Source: Caerostris extrusa (Eukaryota). Taken from it: a stretch of 64,000 nucleotides of DNA. The DNA lies in assembly GCA_021605095.1 (NCBI GenBank), contig BPLR01000781.1, positions 2,414-66,413 on the forward strand. Direction: 5' to 3'. The translations under genes and the position numbers were made by a program. The notes beneath the pieces are model-generated. The model saw only the letters and a program-made list of their open reading frames with translations, was not told the DNA's origin and made no database searches. Positions 1-11,457 of this stretch are shown one piece after another. The stretch's first letter is position 1; each line of letters opens with the position of its first letter.

Positions 1-1417
1 ATATCCTTATGTAGGTAATATACTGTTTTCAAATTTATATCTCAATTATTTATACATTTTTGTATGCTTAAAGTTTGTCGACACAAACTTTTTTTTTACA
101 AATTCTTAGTTTAAAAACTAAAATAAAAATAATTTATGAATTTAGGGTTAATTTCCATGTTCTATACCTTTCATACATTTAAAGAAAACTTTTACATGAA
201 GTTTCAAAGCATTTAGAACAGATATATTTTTATTGTGATGTTTTGAATGAATACAAAATGCATAAAAATTCAAATAAGAAAATAATTAAAACCAACTTTT
301 AAATATAAATAAAAACAAATGTATATACATAAAAATGTTATTGAGCTTTTAAATTCTCCTTTTATTAATATAAACACTTATTTATTTGTTTTGTTTTCTT
401 TTAAATAACTTCCAACTTAAAGTACCATTTATCGATTTTTCTTCGACAATATTTAAATCACTCAAATATCTTTTGTTTTTCAAACAACAAAAGTTTTTAA
501 AAATAAAATGTCCTTGATTTTCAACTTGCAACTATTATAATACCTTTTATAAAATTTTAATGTTATCATTATATCAAATAATTGCAGAGTTTACTTCATT
601 TTCACACTTTTCAAAAAATTATTGAAAATTCATCATCTTTTCTTTAAAATTATATTGTCTATATTATATTATCTTGTTAGATCACATTTCATTTAGAATT
701 CTTAATCAAATACAACACATGTTGACAAACTTTAAGCATAGAAAAGTTCAATGTTTTGATTCACAACTTTTCATTCAATATATTTTATTCCAATTCAAAT
801 TCAAACTTAGAAAATAAAAAAAAATATTGATAATCAAATCAGGTAATACTTACATACATTTGATTTATTTCTCAGAAATAATATAAATTTCATACAATAT
901 AATTTTCACAAAAATTTAAAGTAGTACATAAAACAATATTCAGAACATGAGAATTTTATGGTTATGTAGTACAGGCATCGATACACGGCGCCATCCTTTT
1001 ATTGTGGTATATCTTTCGTCTGTGGTGGAAACAAACTTTTACTCCAACGATGAAATTAGTGTAAATAAGAATTCTGCAATTAATTATCGAAATAGCAATA
1101 AAATAGTCATTATATTGTTCGAAAAATGAAGCTACGAATTCTCTAATTGCAGTATTGCAACCCTAAAGAAATTGGCGAAAATTCAGGGTTGCAAGATTGG
1201 CGTCTCCCTCAATGGTAGATTTTTTAAAACGATTGTTGCCACTACATTGGTTTGCCAAAGAAATTTTAAAAATATTTAGGGGTGGACCACCCTTATCACT
1301 TAGGGGTTTAAAAGATTACGACCGATTCGCAGACCTACCAAATATATTCATAGACACCATAAGATGATGATGAATGAAGTGGCATATGATGTGAAGCAAC
1401 CTATAAAAACCAAATCA

Positions 1418-1567
1418 CAACGCTGCCAAAGCCTCTACGATCGTGTTAGACCAGGACCTACGGTTTAAAGTGGATTCCGAACCACTACAAACATCCATGG
1501 CACAGCCGGGACTCGAGAAACCTGTTACCGAGCGCCGAGCGCCCCAGCCACTCGGCCATTCGGCCCA
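1418..1567 (-). mobile_element. tRNA-derived SINE copy (head+core; 3' body diverged/truncated)
   Basis: Reverse complement carries tRNA-like head (gggccgaatggccgagtggctggggcgc...) and the family core ccatggatgtttgtagtggttcggaatccactttaaaccgtaggtcc shared with >15 other copies in window. Confidence 0.6.
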
Positions 1568-1624
1568 TTTTCATAAGAACGAGCTCGGAGGAGTTTGGCA
1601 ACAACGACGTTTGCACACGAGAAT

Positions 1625-1850
1625 TTTATATATTAGATATCCATCTCCTTTTCTACTTCGATTAAATATTTTTTTCATCCTTTTTCAAAGGACTGATGAT
1701 CTTTTTGCTTTCTTTTTTGTTCTACAAAACTAATTGACGATAATCAAAAGCACAGAGAGCTTTCAATTGGTAAAAAATGTTAAAAGCGGAAGTTCTTTGT
1801 CAGTTTAGCTGTAGATTGGCGCCAACAAGCGTTACCTCTTTCTCGGGGAG
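1625..1850. repeat. dispersed repeat, copy 1 (second copy 4300-4500)
   Basis: ~200 bp alignable to 4300-4500 (tatatccat(c/t)tc(c/t)ttttctact(t/a)(c/t)gattaaatattttt...caaaggactgatgatctttt..ctttc...ttgttctacaaaac...agctttcaat.ggtaaa...gctgtagattg.gccaacaag). Confidence 0.5.
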
Positions 1851-2169
1851 CAGACGTATGGAATCCAATATAGGTGAATTAAACCTCACTTGTGGCAGAC
1901 CGCGCATTTTAGTGGCTCCAGCCAGACGGATTTTCTTTGCCGAGAGTTCTAATATTATTGATTGCAGATGGAAAGATTGCGGACATATAACATCATTGTG
2001 AATAGTGATGAAGTTATTAAAAGTATAGCGTAGCTAGTGCTTGTTTGGGTTATTCGTAAAATATTTCAAAAAATAAAGTATATATATTACTGGTTAATAA
2101 TATTATAAATATTATGGTAATAATAAATGATTATTAATATTATAAATATTTTTAAATTTTAGTAAAATT

Positions 2170-2247
2170 GATCTTGGCCCGCCAAACTTTTTTTTTTTCT
2201 TCGATTATTGGCCCGCGACTGAAAAAGTTTGCCCATCCCTGCTTTAT
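2170..2247. mobile_element. MITE end fragment (gggcaaact/ggcccgcg family), copies also 6281-6347 and 4205-4290
   Basis: gatcttggcccgccaaac...ggcccgcgactgaaaaagtttgcccatccctg repeated nearly identically at 6281-6347; inverse orientation cagggatgggcaaact... at 4205. Confidence 0.4.
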
Positions 2248-2575
2248 AGATTAAACCGCAGACTTATCTAAATTATCTATCATTTCCTTAACTAGTGTTA
2301 TTGAACAATTTGTTATTTTTCAGAAATATTGAGTTTTTCAACTCCTTCAAAAGTGTGGCATGAAACCGAAAGTTTTTGGTGATGTATTTCCACCACAAAT
2401 TTTCCGTGAAATCTTATTGTCTCCATTGCTCGATTTTGAGTTTTTGTATCCTCTTCGTCTTCATTGCTGTTATCCTCCAGTGGCTTTTGTTCTCAGTTCC
2501 TGTATCATTTTCCCACGCGAAGAGTTGTGGCATTTCTTACCCGAGAGGGGAATGTATATTCTTTGACAAGAACAT

Positions 2576-3230
2576 AATAACAATCTGTGAAATATATCAC
2601 TCAAATTTGACAGCAAAGGCCTGAATGCCCTGAGTGGCTAGCGCTGGGTACCCACAGGTTTAGGATTCGAATCCCGGCGGTGCCCATGGATATTTTGTAG
2701 GGGTTCGGAATCCAATTTAAACCGTAGGTCCCGGTCTAACAGATAGTAGTGCGTTGTCCGCTATTGTTACTCCGCGTCCATGGTTTATCTTCAAGCTACG
2801 CATTTCCTTGGTTATGCTAAGTGAGTAACGTTGGTGCAGCGTTTGCCTTAAGGCATCAAAGACAACTGTCTAAGTGTTTGCCAGCTGCATTAAGAAAAAA
2901 AAAATTGACAGCAGATAAGCAGTGTTATGGGTAGTTATATTGCATGCAATTGGTGTTTTGTACTAATGGGAACAACTTGTCACTCAAATCTGATAGCAGA
3001 TAATCAGTGTCATGGATAAGGATATCATGAAATTAGCAATTGTCTGTGCGACCGTACAAAAAATGATCGAAACAATTATAGATGGAATACTAATGGGAAC
3101 AACCTGTCACTCAAATCTGATAGCAGATAATCAGTGTCATGGATAGTGATATCTTGAAATTAGCGATTGTCTATGCGACCTTACAAAAAATGACCGAAAC
3201 AATTACAGATGGAATATGGACTACACCATG
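2576..3230. repeat. ~128-bp satellite, ~3 tandem units (first unit split by SINE insertion)
   Basis: Units tactaatgggaacaac(t/c)tgtcactcaaatctgatagcagataatcagtgtcatggata(a/g)(g/t)gatatc(a/t)tgaaattagc(a/g)attgtct(g/a)tgcgacc(g/t)tacaaaaaatga(t/c)cgaaacaatta(t/c)agatggaa at 2951-3087 and 3088-3220; partial unit at 2576-2615 + 2905-2950. Confidence 0.65.
2616..2904 (+). mobile_element. tRNA-derived SINE, full length with poly(A) tail and 9-bp TSD ttgacagca
   Basis: tRNA-like head ggcctgaatgccctgagtggctagcgc..ggattcgaatccc (A/B-box-like), conserved core, 3' body, A10 tail 2895-2904; direct repeat ttgacagca at 2607-2615 and 2905-2913; inserted inside a satellite unit. Confidence 0.75.
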
Positions 3231-3570
3231 AACTGTCGCATCGTGATTGATGATATACCAAGGACTAAGAAAATGTCTACTCGAAGAAGTGGGGAAAGCT
3301 GAACCCCCCCCTCTTAAAGGGAGGCTTTTGGAGAAGACGAAGAGAGTTCTGCAACGAGTCGACAAGCAGTGTTGTTTTTTCTCTTTTTCTGAAAGTGCAA
3401 GCCGGAGTATCCTCCTGTTTTACAAAATGAGCCCTTGTGATTTCGTGTATTACGACGTGTGTTAATTGATGTCTGCCGCAGACCACGTGTTTTAAATTCG
3501 TTGTAGACTCGAAAATGTGAAAATCTCCGTCCTTGGAGAAAAATGCACTTTTGAAATTCAAATTTAGATC

Positions 3571-3856
3571 TTTTTTATTTTTATAATGCGATTGGCAATA
3601 GACCGTTATCTTTTATGCCATAAGGGCTGCATAGACATTACTCACTTTGCTCTACACAGGGGCGTGTAACTTGAAGATAAGCCACGGACGCGGAGTAACA
3701 ATGCCCCCGCAACGCTCTACGATCCTATTAGGATCGGGACCTACGGTTTAAAGTGGATTCCGAACCACTACAAACATCCATGGCAACGCCGGGATGCGAA
3801 CCCGATACCTTTGATACCGAGCGCCAGAGCGCTAGCCACTCGGCCATCAGGCCCAT
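3571..3856 (-). mobile_element. tRNA-derived SINE, full length, 10-bp TSD aatttagatc
   Basis: rc begins gggcctgatggccgagtggctagcgctctgg..., core + 3' body matching copy at 2616-2904, A-rich tail (ttttttatttttat on + strand); aatttagatc at 3561-3570 and 3857-3866. Confidence 0.75.
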
Positions 3857-4204
3857 AATTTAGATCTTCAATTTTCTTTTTTGTAAATAATAAATTGTAT
3901 TAAACAAGAGTTCAGTATATATATAATGCTTGTGAATAAAAATTTGGTGTTCCTATGAACCTGAAGGTATCGCTTTTTGAAGTCGTTATAGGTCTAGTGA
4001 GGGAGAAGTTACAGTTTCATTTGACTTTCTGAATCAGCATTACCAAACCAGTTTCTCTTATTATATAGCCTTTATATTAAGATGTGCACGTTAATTTTAC
4101 AATTTCACTGAATTCTTCTTCAATATCATCAATAAGAGAATGAATATAAGTGTCTTCATCTAATTGGAATCCTTTTTTTCTTTCCTTTATGTGCTTTGTT
4201 GGTA

Positions 4205-4290
4205 TAGTACAGGGATGGGCAAACTATGGCCCAGAAAGTTCTATCCGGTCCACGGATAGAATTTTAATTTGCCGGTCCAAGGCAAATTAA
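4205..4290. mobile_element. MITE fragment (cagggatgggcaaact... family)
   Basis: cagggatgggcaaactatggccc... is inverse of ...gtttgcccatccctg ends at 2247 and 6347. Confidence 0.35.
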
Positions 4291-4299
4291 AAGAAATAT

Positions 4300-4500
4300 A
4301 TAGTTATATATCCATTTCTTTTCTACTTTGATTAAATATTTTTTTTTCCTTCCTTTTTTTCAAAGGACTGATGATCTTTTACTTTCTCTATTTTTGTTCT
4401 ACAAAACAAAAATCGATAAAAATAGCTTTCAATCGGTAAAGTGTTAAAAACGGTTCTTTGTTAGTAATAGCTGTAGATTGAGCCAACAAGTTTTACAAAT
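4300..4500. repeat. dispersed repeat, copy 2 (see 1625-1850)
   Basis: Alignable to 1625-1850. Confidence 0.5.
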
Positions 4501-4741
4501 CATTAACGAAAGTAAGTTTTCCAAATTTAATATCTCACGCCCAGAAAATCAGTGCTATGTTTGCTTCATCTTATATATGTGAACAAGTGCTTTCAATTGT
4601 GAACCTTAGAAAGAATTGTTTCAGAAATAGACTGACAGATTAGCATTCAGCTCGTTCCTTAGAATCAGTACATCTCACTTTAAACCTTAATATAAGAACT
4701 TTTAAAAATGAAATCGCAATTTCATTCATCTCATTAACATA

Positions 4742-6227
4742 CACTCATGTCCATAAATTAAGGATAATTCAGAATCACACAGAAATTGAATTCTAAAATA
4801 AAAATTTCACCTGTAGAATTATGACACACATCTTGAAGAAGAATATGCAAATTACAGGAAACCACCAGATGGCGCGGATAGTACGTCACAATGACGAGAG
4901 TGTAAGAGAGGGGTATATAAGGAAAGGTGGCAGAGAAGTAAAATTGTTCCCAAGCTCTTTAAAAGCCTTTCAGTGCAATAACCGCATAGTTATGGCACAA
5001 AGGAAGCATTTGGATGATTTTTTTACGTGGTAGAATTATCCGACGACTGTAATGTGGACGTACCCAGCTGGAAGTATCCGAGGAACTTGGAATCGCCCAG
5101 AGTGTCATCTCCAGGCTTAGGCAACGATTCTAAGATGATGGTAATGTGAGTAGATGTTACAGCACAGGTCGCCCCGAGTTACAACGCCGAATGAGGACCG
5201 GTATTTAGCAGTTACTGCCAAAAGAAACAGACGGAGCACAGCATCAGACCTGTCTCGTCAGCTACCGGTACGACAGTTTCAAGGCAGCCGTGTACAGACG
5301 CTTAAGGCACATTGGTCTATATGCTCGTAGGCCTGTCAGATGTGTTTCACTTTACCGCAACTCACTGTCGCCTGCGATTAACCTGGAGTAGAGAGCATGC
5401 ATTGTGGACACCGCAACAGTGGTCTGGTGTGATGTTTTCCGACGAGTCCAGGTTTAGTTTGCAGTCTGATTCTCGCCGGACTTTCATATGGAGAGCGCCA
5501 GGTACCCGTTACCACCACGAGAACACCATTGAACGACACCGTTACGGTGGTGCAGGATGGCTCGTTTGGGGAGGAATTATTCTTGGTTCCAGAACTGACC
5601 TGCATGTTCAGAGTGTAACGATGACAGGCCATATTTATCGGGATGTCATTCTGGAACAACATGTACGTTTGTTTCGGGGCGCCATGGGTGCTGAATTTCT
5701 GTTTATGGATGACAACGCCCGTCCTCACCGTGCAAACATTGTAGACGAATGCCTTCAATTGGAGGATATCACCCGTATGGATTGGCCAGCATACTCACCG
5801 GACTTGAATCCAATAGAGCATGTGTGGGATATGCTTGGCCGACGAATTGCAGCCCGTCAACCCTCTCCCACCTGTCAACCGGAACTTCGGAGGGCATTGC
5901 TGATGAGTGGTGTAATATTCCCAAGATAAGATTGATAATTTGATACTCAGCATGCCTAGGCGTTGTAAGGGCTGTATTGCATCGTCCGGGAGACTTACAT
6001 ATTAACCATATTAACCATGTTATACTGTTTTTGTAAATAGGTTCTTTTTTTAAATTTGCTCCAGGGAGTAAAAATCGCAATTTTTATTAATTATGTCAAA
6101 CATATAGCATCTTTTTTTGCTCTTTACTTTTGTTTAATAAATAGACTTTACAAATAAGTCAAATTTGTTTTGCTTCTGTCTCTTTCTTTGCCTGAACTTC
6201 ATTATCCTTAATTTATGGACATGAGTG
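4742..6227 (+). mobile_element. Tc1-family (DD34E) DNA transposon, ~1.49 kb, TA target duplication, ~30-bp TIRs
   Basis: TIRs cactcatgtccataaattaagg (4742-) and ccttaatttatggacatgagtg (-6227) each flanked by TA; internal transposase with HTH N-terminus and DDE domain. Confidence 0.8.
5040..5932 (+). pseudogene. Tc1-like transposase, DD34E catalytic domain, one frameshift near 5300
   Basis: N-terminal frame GRTQLEVSEELGIAQSVISRLRQRF..GRPRVTTPNEDRYLAVTAKRNRRSTASDLSRQL; ORF 5312-5929 ...WSREHALWTPQQWSGVMFSDESRFSL...WLVWGGIILGSRTDLHV...FMDDNARPHRA (34 residues) YSPDLNPIEHVWDMLGRRI; C-term SMPRRC..AVLHRPGD after stop. Confidence 0.8.
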
Positions 6228-6280
6228 TATTTAAATTGTAATACTTGTATATTGTTCTTAAAATTTTAGAAAAATGATCT

Positions 6281-6347
6281 TGGCCCGCCAAACATTTTTT
6301 TTCCCGATTTTTGGCCCGCGACTGAAAAAGTTTGCCCATCCCTGGTA
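6281..6347. mobile_element. MITE end fragment (same family as 2170-2247)
   Basis: gatcttggcccgccaaacatttttttt...ggcccgcgactgaaaaagtttgcccatccctgg. Confidence 0.4.
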
Positions 6348-7261
6348 TAGCATAACTATTATTATCATCAGATTCTCTTCTTAACTCTCTGCTTTCCTCA
6401 TCGCCAATATTCATCTCTTTTTCTGACACAGTTGCCTTGTATACGCTACTTTCATCATTCAATACAGCTATAAAAGCAAATATTATTCAGAACAACTTGA
6501 GAGAGAAAAATTAATCACGTTTGTTCAACATAATATTATATATAAAGAAATTGTAAATATCATAAAGTAATTCATTTGAATGTGATTTTACTTTTTTAGG
6601 GATAAAGAAATACTTTTTTTTCCTTTCAAAAGGAAGGCTTTTAAAATGAAATTCCTATTTGTTTGATAAAAAATGTTTTTCACTTCGATCAGTTCATCTT
6701 TAAAAAACCAGTTGATAATTTTCCCTCCTCTCTTTTATCTCTTTCTAAAAGAGTGTTATTTAGTTGCTATTTTTATGATAACAGTGCTATTAGGCATAAC
6801 AGTGCATTATTTATAGCATGCACAATTTATTAATAGCATTGTGAACATAGTTGAATCAAGACATATAACATAAATGTGCTTCATGAGAAAAATAATTTTA
6901 AATCAAGAATCAGAAATTTTAAAATATTTTAACATTGTGCTCTATTGAAAGTACAATTAATAATCTATTATATATAGTATACAGAACAGTCATATTATAT
7001 ATAGCATACTGGTATTATATATACCAGTCTTTTATATTTTTTTTTTATTGAAATGTTGGACGAGTAAAAAAAGTTCAATGTACATGTTTGTTTCTTGAAT
7101 ATCAAAATATGATAGATTGCATCATAATTTGCCAAATGGCTCTCCAAAACAAGAGTAATTTGATTTATGCCATATTATTTAACGAAACTCAGAAACATTG
7201 TTGAGATTTAGATATACTAATCAGGGTTTATTATGTTTTTACCTAAAATGCTAGCTGATTT

Positions 7262-7452
7262 AAAGACGGGTAAAAACACAGAATAGGGGCTGTTGGAATT
7301 TGGTGTCAAAAAGTCTTTTCGCCAAAATGCGTCAAGTAACGGGTTACAACTGTAAATGAAGTGAATTGTAAATAATAAAAGAAAACCGGTTACCATATTT
7401 GGCGACTTATCACTCAGTTGGCCCCACAGAAATGTCACCAAATTCCAACGAC
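7262..7452. mobile_element. foldback/palindromic MITE-like element (copy 1)
   Basis: Terminal inverted repeats aataggggctgttggaatttggtgtca ... tgtcaccaaattccaacgactcctatt; internal secondary inverted segments (ttcgccaaaat / atttggcgac); second copy at 7862-8056. Confidence 0.5.
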
Positions 7453-7861
7453 TCCTATTTTGCGACTTGGCCTAAAGATATTTAAAAGGATTTGTTTCCT
7501 GAATGTCAAAAAGTGATATATTGTATCTTAATTTGCCAAATTACTCGCCGAAAGCCATAGTAATTAAGTTCTCTTCATATTACTTAGTGCCTAAATTAAA
7601 AATATAAATAGAATTCTTCTATACAGTGTATTACATAATAATCTCGTAATATATTCATATTACTAGCTCCGTATTACAGATTCTTCTCTAACCTGGTATA
7701 TGATTTCTTGATCTCTGATGAAAACGATATTGGCAATATCTTGCATAGTATTCAGTCACATGAGATGGCTTGTCAATTACGCTAATCCGCAATAATGAAA
7801 TAATCTCCTCATGCATTTCTATCATAATAATGTTTTAGGTCTCTTTTGATCGGCCTACAAA

Positions 7862-8056
7862 AATAAACTGCAAAATTGGGTTGTTGGGATTTGGCGTCAA
7901 AAATTCGTTTCACTAAAATACGCCAAGAAAAGAGTTGCTATTGTAACTGAAGTGAATTGCAAACAGTTCTAGATATCCTGTTTACCACATTTGGCGACTT
8001 ATTGCTCAGTTGGCGCCACAAAAAATTGCCAAATCCCACTATTTTGCGATTTGGCC
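7862..8056. mobile_element. foldback/palindromic MITE-like element (copy 2)
   Basis: gggttgttgggatttggcgtcaaaaa ... ttgccaaatcccactattttgcgatttggcc; same architecture as 7262-7452; both sit in a ~600-bp tandemly duplicated unit (7090-7460 / 7490-8060). Confidence 0.5.
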
Positions 8057-8317
8057 AAATAAATACCATGCTTAATTACATTGCTTAAACTTACGAGTTA
8101 TGTTTTACATTTCGCATCTTCAAAAAGTATTATGTAATTACCACGTTCCAGCTAAAATGTGTGTGTATGTTTTCAAATACAATTACCCAGCATATCTTGT
8201 AAAACGCAGTGTAAGCACTACTTTTAAGTACATATTGGAATTAATTAAATAGCACTTTTTTTTTTTAATGTTGCTAGTTTATAAAAACATCAATTTCCTG
8301 TAACAAAGCAAATGTCA

Positions 8318-8552
8318 CCTACTACTACTACTACTACTACACCACACCGCCTAGAGCTGAGTTGCCCTTTCCAGTTTGGGAATGATGTGGGTGAGAAGTC
8401 TGACTGGGCTCCGTGGCGCTCTTACAGTCATATGAGACTGGGGCTTATGGCTTAAAGTGGATTCCGAACCACTACAAACATCCATGGCTCTACAGGGACT
8501 CGAACCCGAAACCTGTGGCACCAAGCGCTGAACACTCGGCAATTCAGGCCCC
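8318..8552 (-). mobile_element. tRNA-derived SINE with (GTA)n 3' tail
   Basis: rc head ggggcctgaattgccgagtgttcagcgcttggtgccacaggtttcgggttcgagtccc, core, then tail appearing as (tac)7 at 8320-8340 on + strand. Confidence 0.7.
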
Positions 8553-8899
8553 GAATTTTTATATAAGAATTATAATATTTAACTTTCCTTTAATACTTGA
8601 AATGTTTGTAAACATTGCAAGGCCCGGGGACATGTGTTTGTGCAAGCAGCGTCATCTGTAAAGCTCTACGGGGAACCCTCGAGTTTAAGCAGAGTTGTAT
8701 GTGTGTGTGAATACAGATAGCGTGGCGAGACCCTCCACGAGTGTGATTTCGGCCAAAATAAAAGCCCACTTTAATAAATAATAAAAGTTCAGCACAAATA
8801 AAAGTCAAAAAAATTTACAGTCCACATTGTTTTCATTTGTTTTAAATTGAAGAAAAGAGCTGTCAAACAGCAATCAAAAATGGGGTAAATTGTATTTTA

Positions 8900-9904
8900 C
8901 TATTCAAGGTGGGAAAATTTTTCTTCTTTTAGTTTGGGGCTTTCTAGATGTCGTTTTTTTTTCTGTGCATCGTTCTCGATTCGACCTTTTCCTTTTCTGC
9001 GCTCGCTTAACACAAGAATCTTGTGCCCGCCTTCTTCGAACACTTGATTTTGGGTTTTGTGTCCGCTTTGCCGCCTCATGTATCTCAAGTTTCCCTTGCG
9101 ATATGCAGCGACATCAGAAGTAGCCTTCATTAGAGCGTGTTCTTTGAGCAGATACGAAAATGCTCTCAAAACCGCCTGTGTCAGCTCTTCGTCCCCCATG
9201 TCAGCTTTTTTTTTATCCGACATATTTCTGAAGCTATCTCTGCCAGATGCTCAGCGATCTCGATTAAAAGGAGTCCCAGGTACTTTGGAGGCTTCGAGTC
9301 GATGTGGGACAACGGATCCACTTCTAAAAAAGCCTCTTGATGGAAGAGGTGAAACGTTCCGCGAATTCCGGTTTAGAAAAACCATCACCCCACAAACTCC
9401 TTTTCTTCAGTTTTAAATCAAGTAAGCTGTTTTCGTATAGAGCTAAATACCTATTCGCTTCGTTGACAGCTGCATTGAAAACGTTCTTTTCAAAATATTG
9501 GGGTAAGATGTTTTTTAAATGCAGAGGTCGGAGCTCTTCGTTTTGACCATAAGTTACAGCTGCTTTGGCGGTAATTGCCTTTCCGAATTGATATATATGT
9601 AAAGCTAACGTATCCCTGGCTTTTCTGTCAAATATTAAATTCTGTAGGCATTTTGAGCTCAGGTTTGCAACTCCGGATTTGAAAGGGTTAGTGCTTCTTC
9701 TAACATCAACATTTTGGCGGGTTTCTTTTTCTTTGCTTTCACTTTTAATGCACCATTGCCGCTATACGTCATACAACCACTCTGTAATAAAGCTAATTGC
9801 TTAAAAGCTTCTGATAAAGCGTGCCTTTTCAAACCTCCTTCAAAATATGTGGCAATTACTTTATGAGCGATAAGTTGTATGGTGTGTCCATTTATTTTAT
9901 TCAC
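8900..9904 (-). pseudogene. broken minus-strand ORF series of unknown family (possible transposon-derived gene remnant)
   Basis: ORFs 9659-9904 (MNKINGHTIQLIAHKVIATYFEGGLKRHALSEAFKQLALLQSGCMTYSG...) and 8900-9223 (MSDKKKADMGDEELTQAVLRAFSYLLKEHALMKATSDVAAYRKGNLRYMRRQSGHKTQNQVFEEGGHKILVLSERRKGKGRIENDAQKKKRHLESPKLKEEK...) joined by frameshifted stretch (..YEKLLDLKLKKRSLWGDGFSKPEFAERFTSSIKRLF..); no family recognised. Confidence 0.3.
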
Positions 9905-10889
9905 AGCATTATATTCTTCTTCAATGAGTGATTATTGTTGAATTTACTTGGTTCAGCAACTTTGAAAGTAGTTCAAGGAAATTGTTTTCTACTTTTAAAG
10001 CCAAGACCTGATCACTAATTAAATTCTCCAGGCCTGTTTTGTAACTAATATCTTTAGTGTAAACCATTATTAATCTTCGGGAAGATGATTTGAATTTGTA
10101 AAAAGTGATTAATAATTTGAAGTGAAGATGATTCGAATTTCTAACCTAAATTTTGTTACATTTCATTTTGATATAATTAATAACAAAACAAAACATGTAA
10201 GGGAAAATAAAAAGGATGTTCAAAACATGATGCCAAAAAAATTACCATTACCGAAATTTAATAAAAATCTTGTTAAAAAACCATACAATTTGATATTTAA
10301 AAATTCTGCCTTCAACTGAGATTCAAATCATTACCTGATTATCTGGATCAGTGTGTGTAGTTTCTTTTAGATAAAACTTTCCATTTATGAATACTCCTCT
10401 TCTTTCAGAAAAACCTCTACCCTTCTTTCTACGTACAAAACCAGTTTTGATTTTACAGTTTAAACCAATTTTTTAACTGGCTTAATACAAATCAAATAGC
10501 ATTATAGTAATTTTCCACCACATTAACTTATGATGAACGTTCACAACAATTACTTAATTTCATAGGAAGCTTTTCAAGAGCTAGTCTTCAAGAATTTCAA
10601 TGTGAATCATAGAACTTGCTTCATTAATATAAGTTTTATAAAATCAGGCTCAGACGAAGGCAAATATATCTGAGATTATTTCAATATTTATTCTTCATAT
10701 GCGCATATTTGAGAACGTGAAAAACCATAAATATTTTATTGTTTACAACTTAGTTCTTAGTACTCTTCTATTGCTGTTGAGAAATTAATAAGATTTCTAT
10801 TTTTGAAATCATATAGTAAGGAAGAATAAGGTTAAAGTTCAATCAATATTTTCATTTTATGAAGCTGATAATTTTTTAGCTTATTGAAA

Positions 10890-11049
10890 GGTTTTGTTTG
10901 GTTTGTTGCTCTCCGGTCATTTTTTGCACACTTTGGACTAATTATACCGGGACCTACAAGTTAACGTGGATTTCGAACCACCAAAAACATCCATACCACC
11001 GTCAGGATTCGAATCTGAAGCCTGTGGTACCAAATGGCTATCAGGCAAC
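10890..11049 (-). mobile_element. SINE subfamily B (shared core, distinct 3' body gcacactttgg.ctaatta; head internally deleted)
   Basis: gttgctctccggtcattttttgcacactttggactaattataccgggacctacaagttaacgtggatttcgaaccaccaaaaacatcc...; same subfamily at 12510-12673, 54614-54776(+), 57519-57674, 60905-61082. Confidence 0.65.
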
Positions 11050-11457
11050 CAGCTTACTGAAGGAACAAATCATGAAATTAAAATCTTGAACAAATTAGAA
11101 ATAAAATGATCTTCACTCCATAGCTTTGGGAAATATTGTTTGAAGGACACATTATGTCCTTTTCAGTGCTCCTCCAATTAATGTATTCTTTTCAGTATGA
11201 ATTAGAGTGGTTGTGCATGTATTAAAGGGTTTGGACAAGAATACGGCATTAGATCCATGAAGAGCAACTTCTTTTGGTGAGAGAGCATTATTATGTATAG
11301 TAGCCAAGCATAGATTTTTCAACATCCGAGCAAACATTACAGCATATGACCATCTAAGTCCATTTTCACAAAAATAAACCTGAATAACATTAAATATATT
11401 ATTTCATGTGCATCTTTTAACGATAGGATAGCATTATATAATATTTTTAATCTAGCA

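Noticed and set aside
1130-1420. Hairpin ttgcaaccctaaag...ttcagggttgcaa and palindromic ggggtggaccaccc upstream of first SINE
   Set aside because: Short, single occurrence in window, and no TIR/TSD context could be established. Possibly part of the diverged SINE 3' region.
5378-6080. Minus-strand ORFs 5378-5758 and 5769-6080
   Set aside because: Antisense to the Tc1 transposase reading frames. The sense strand carries the conserved DDE motifs.
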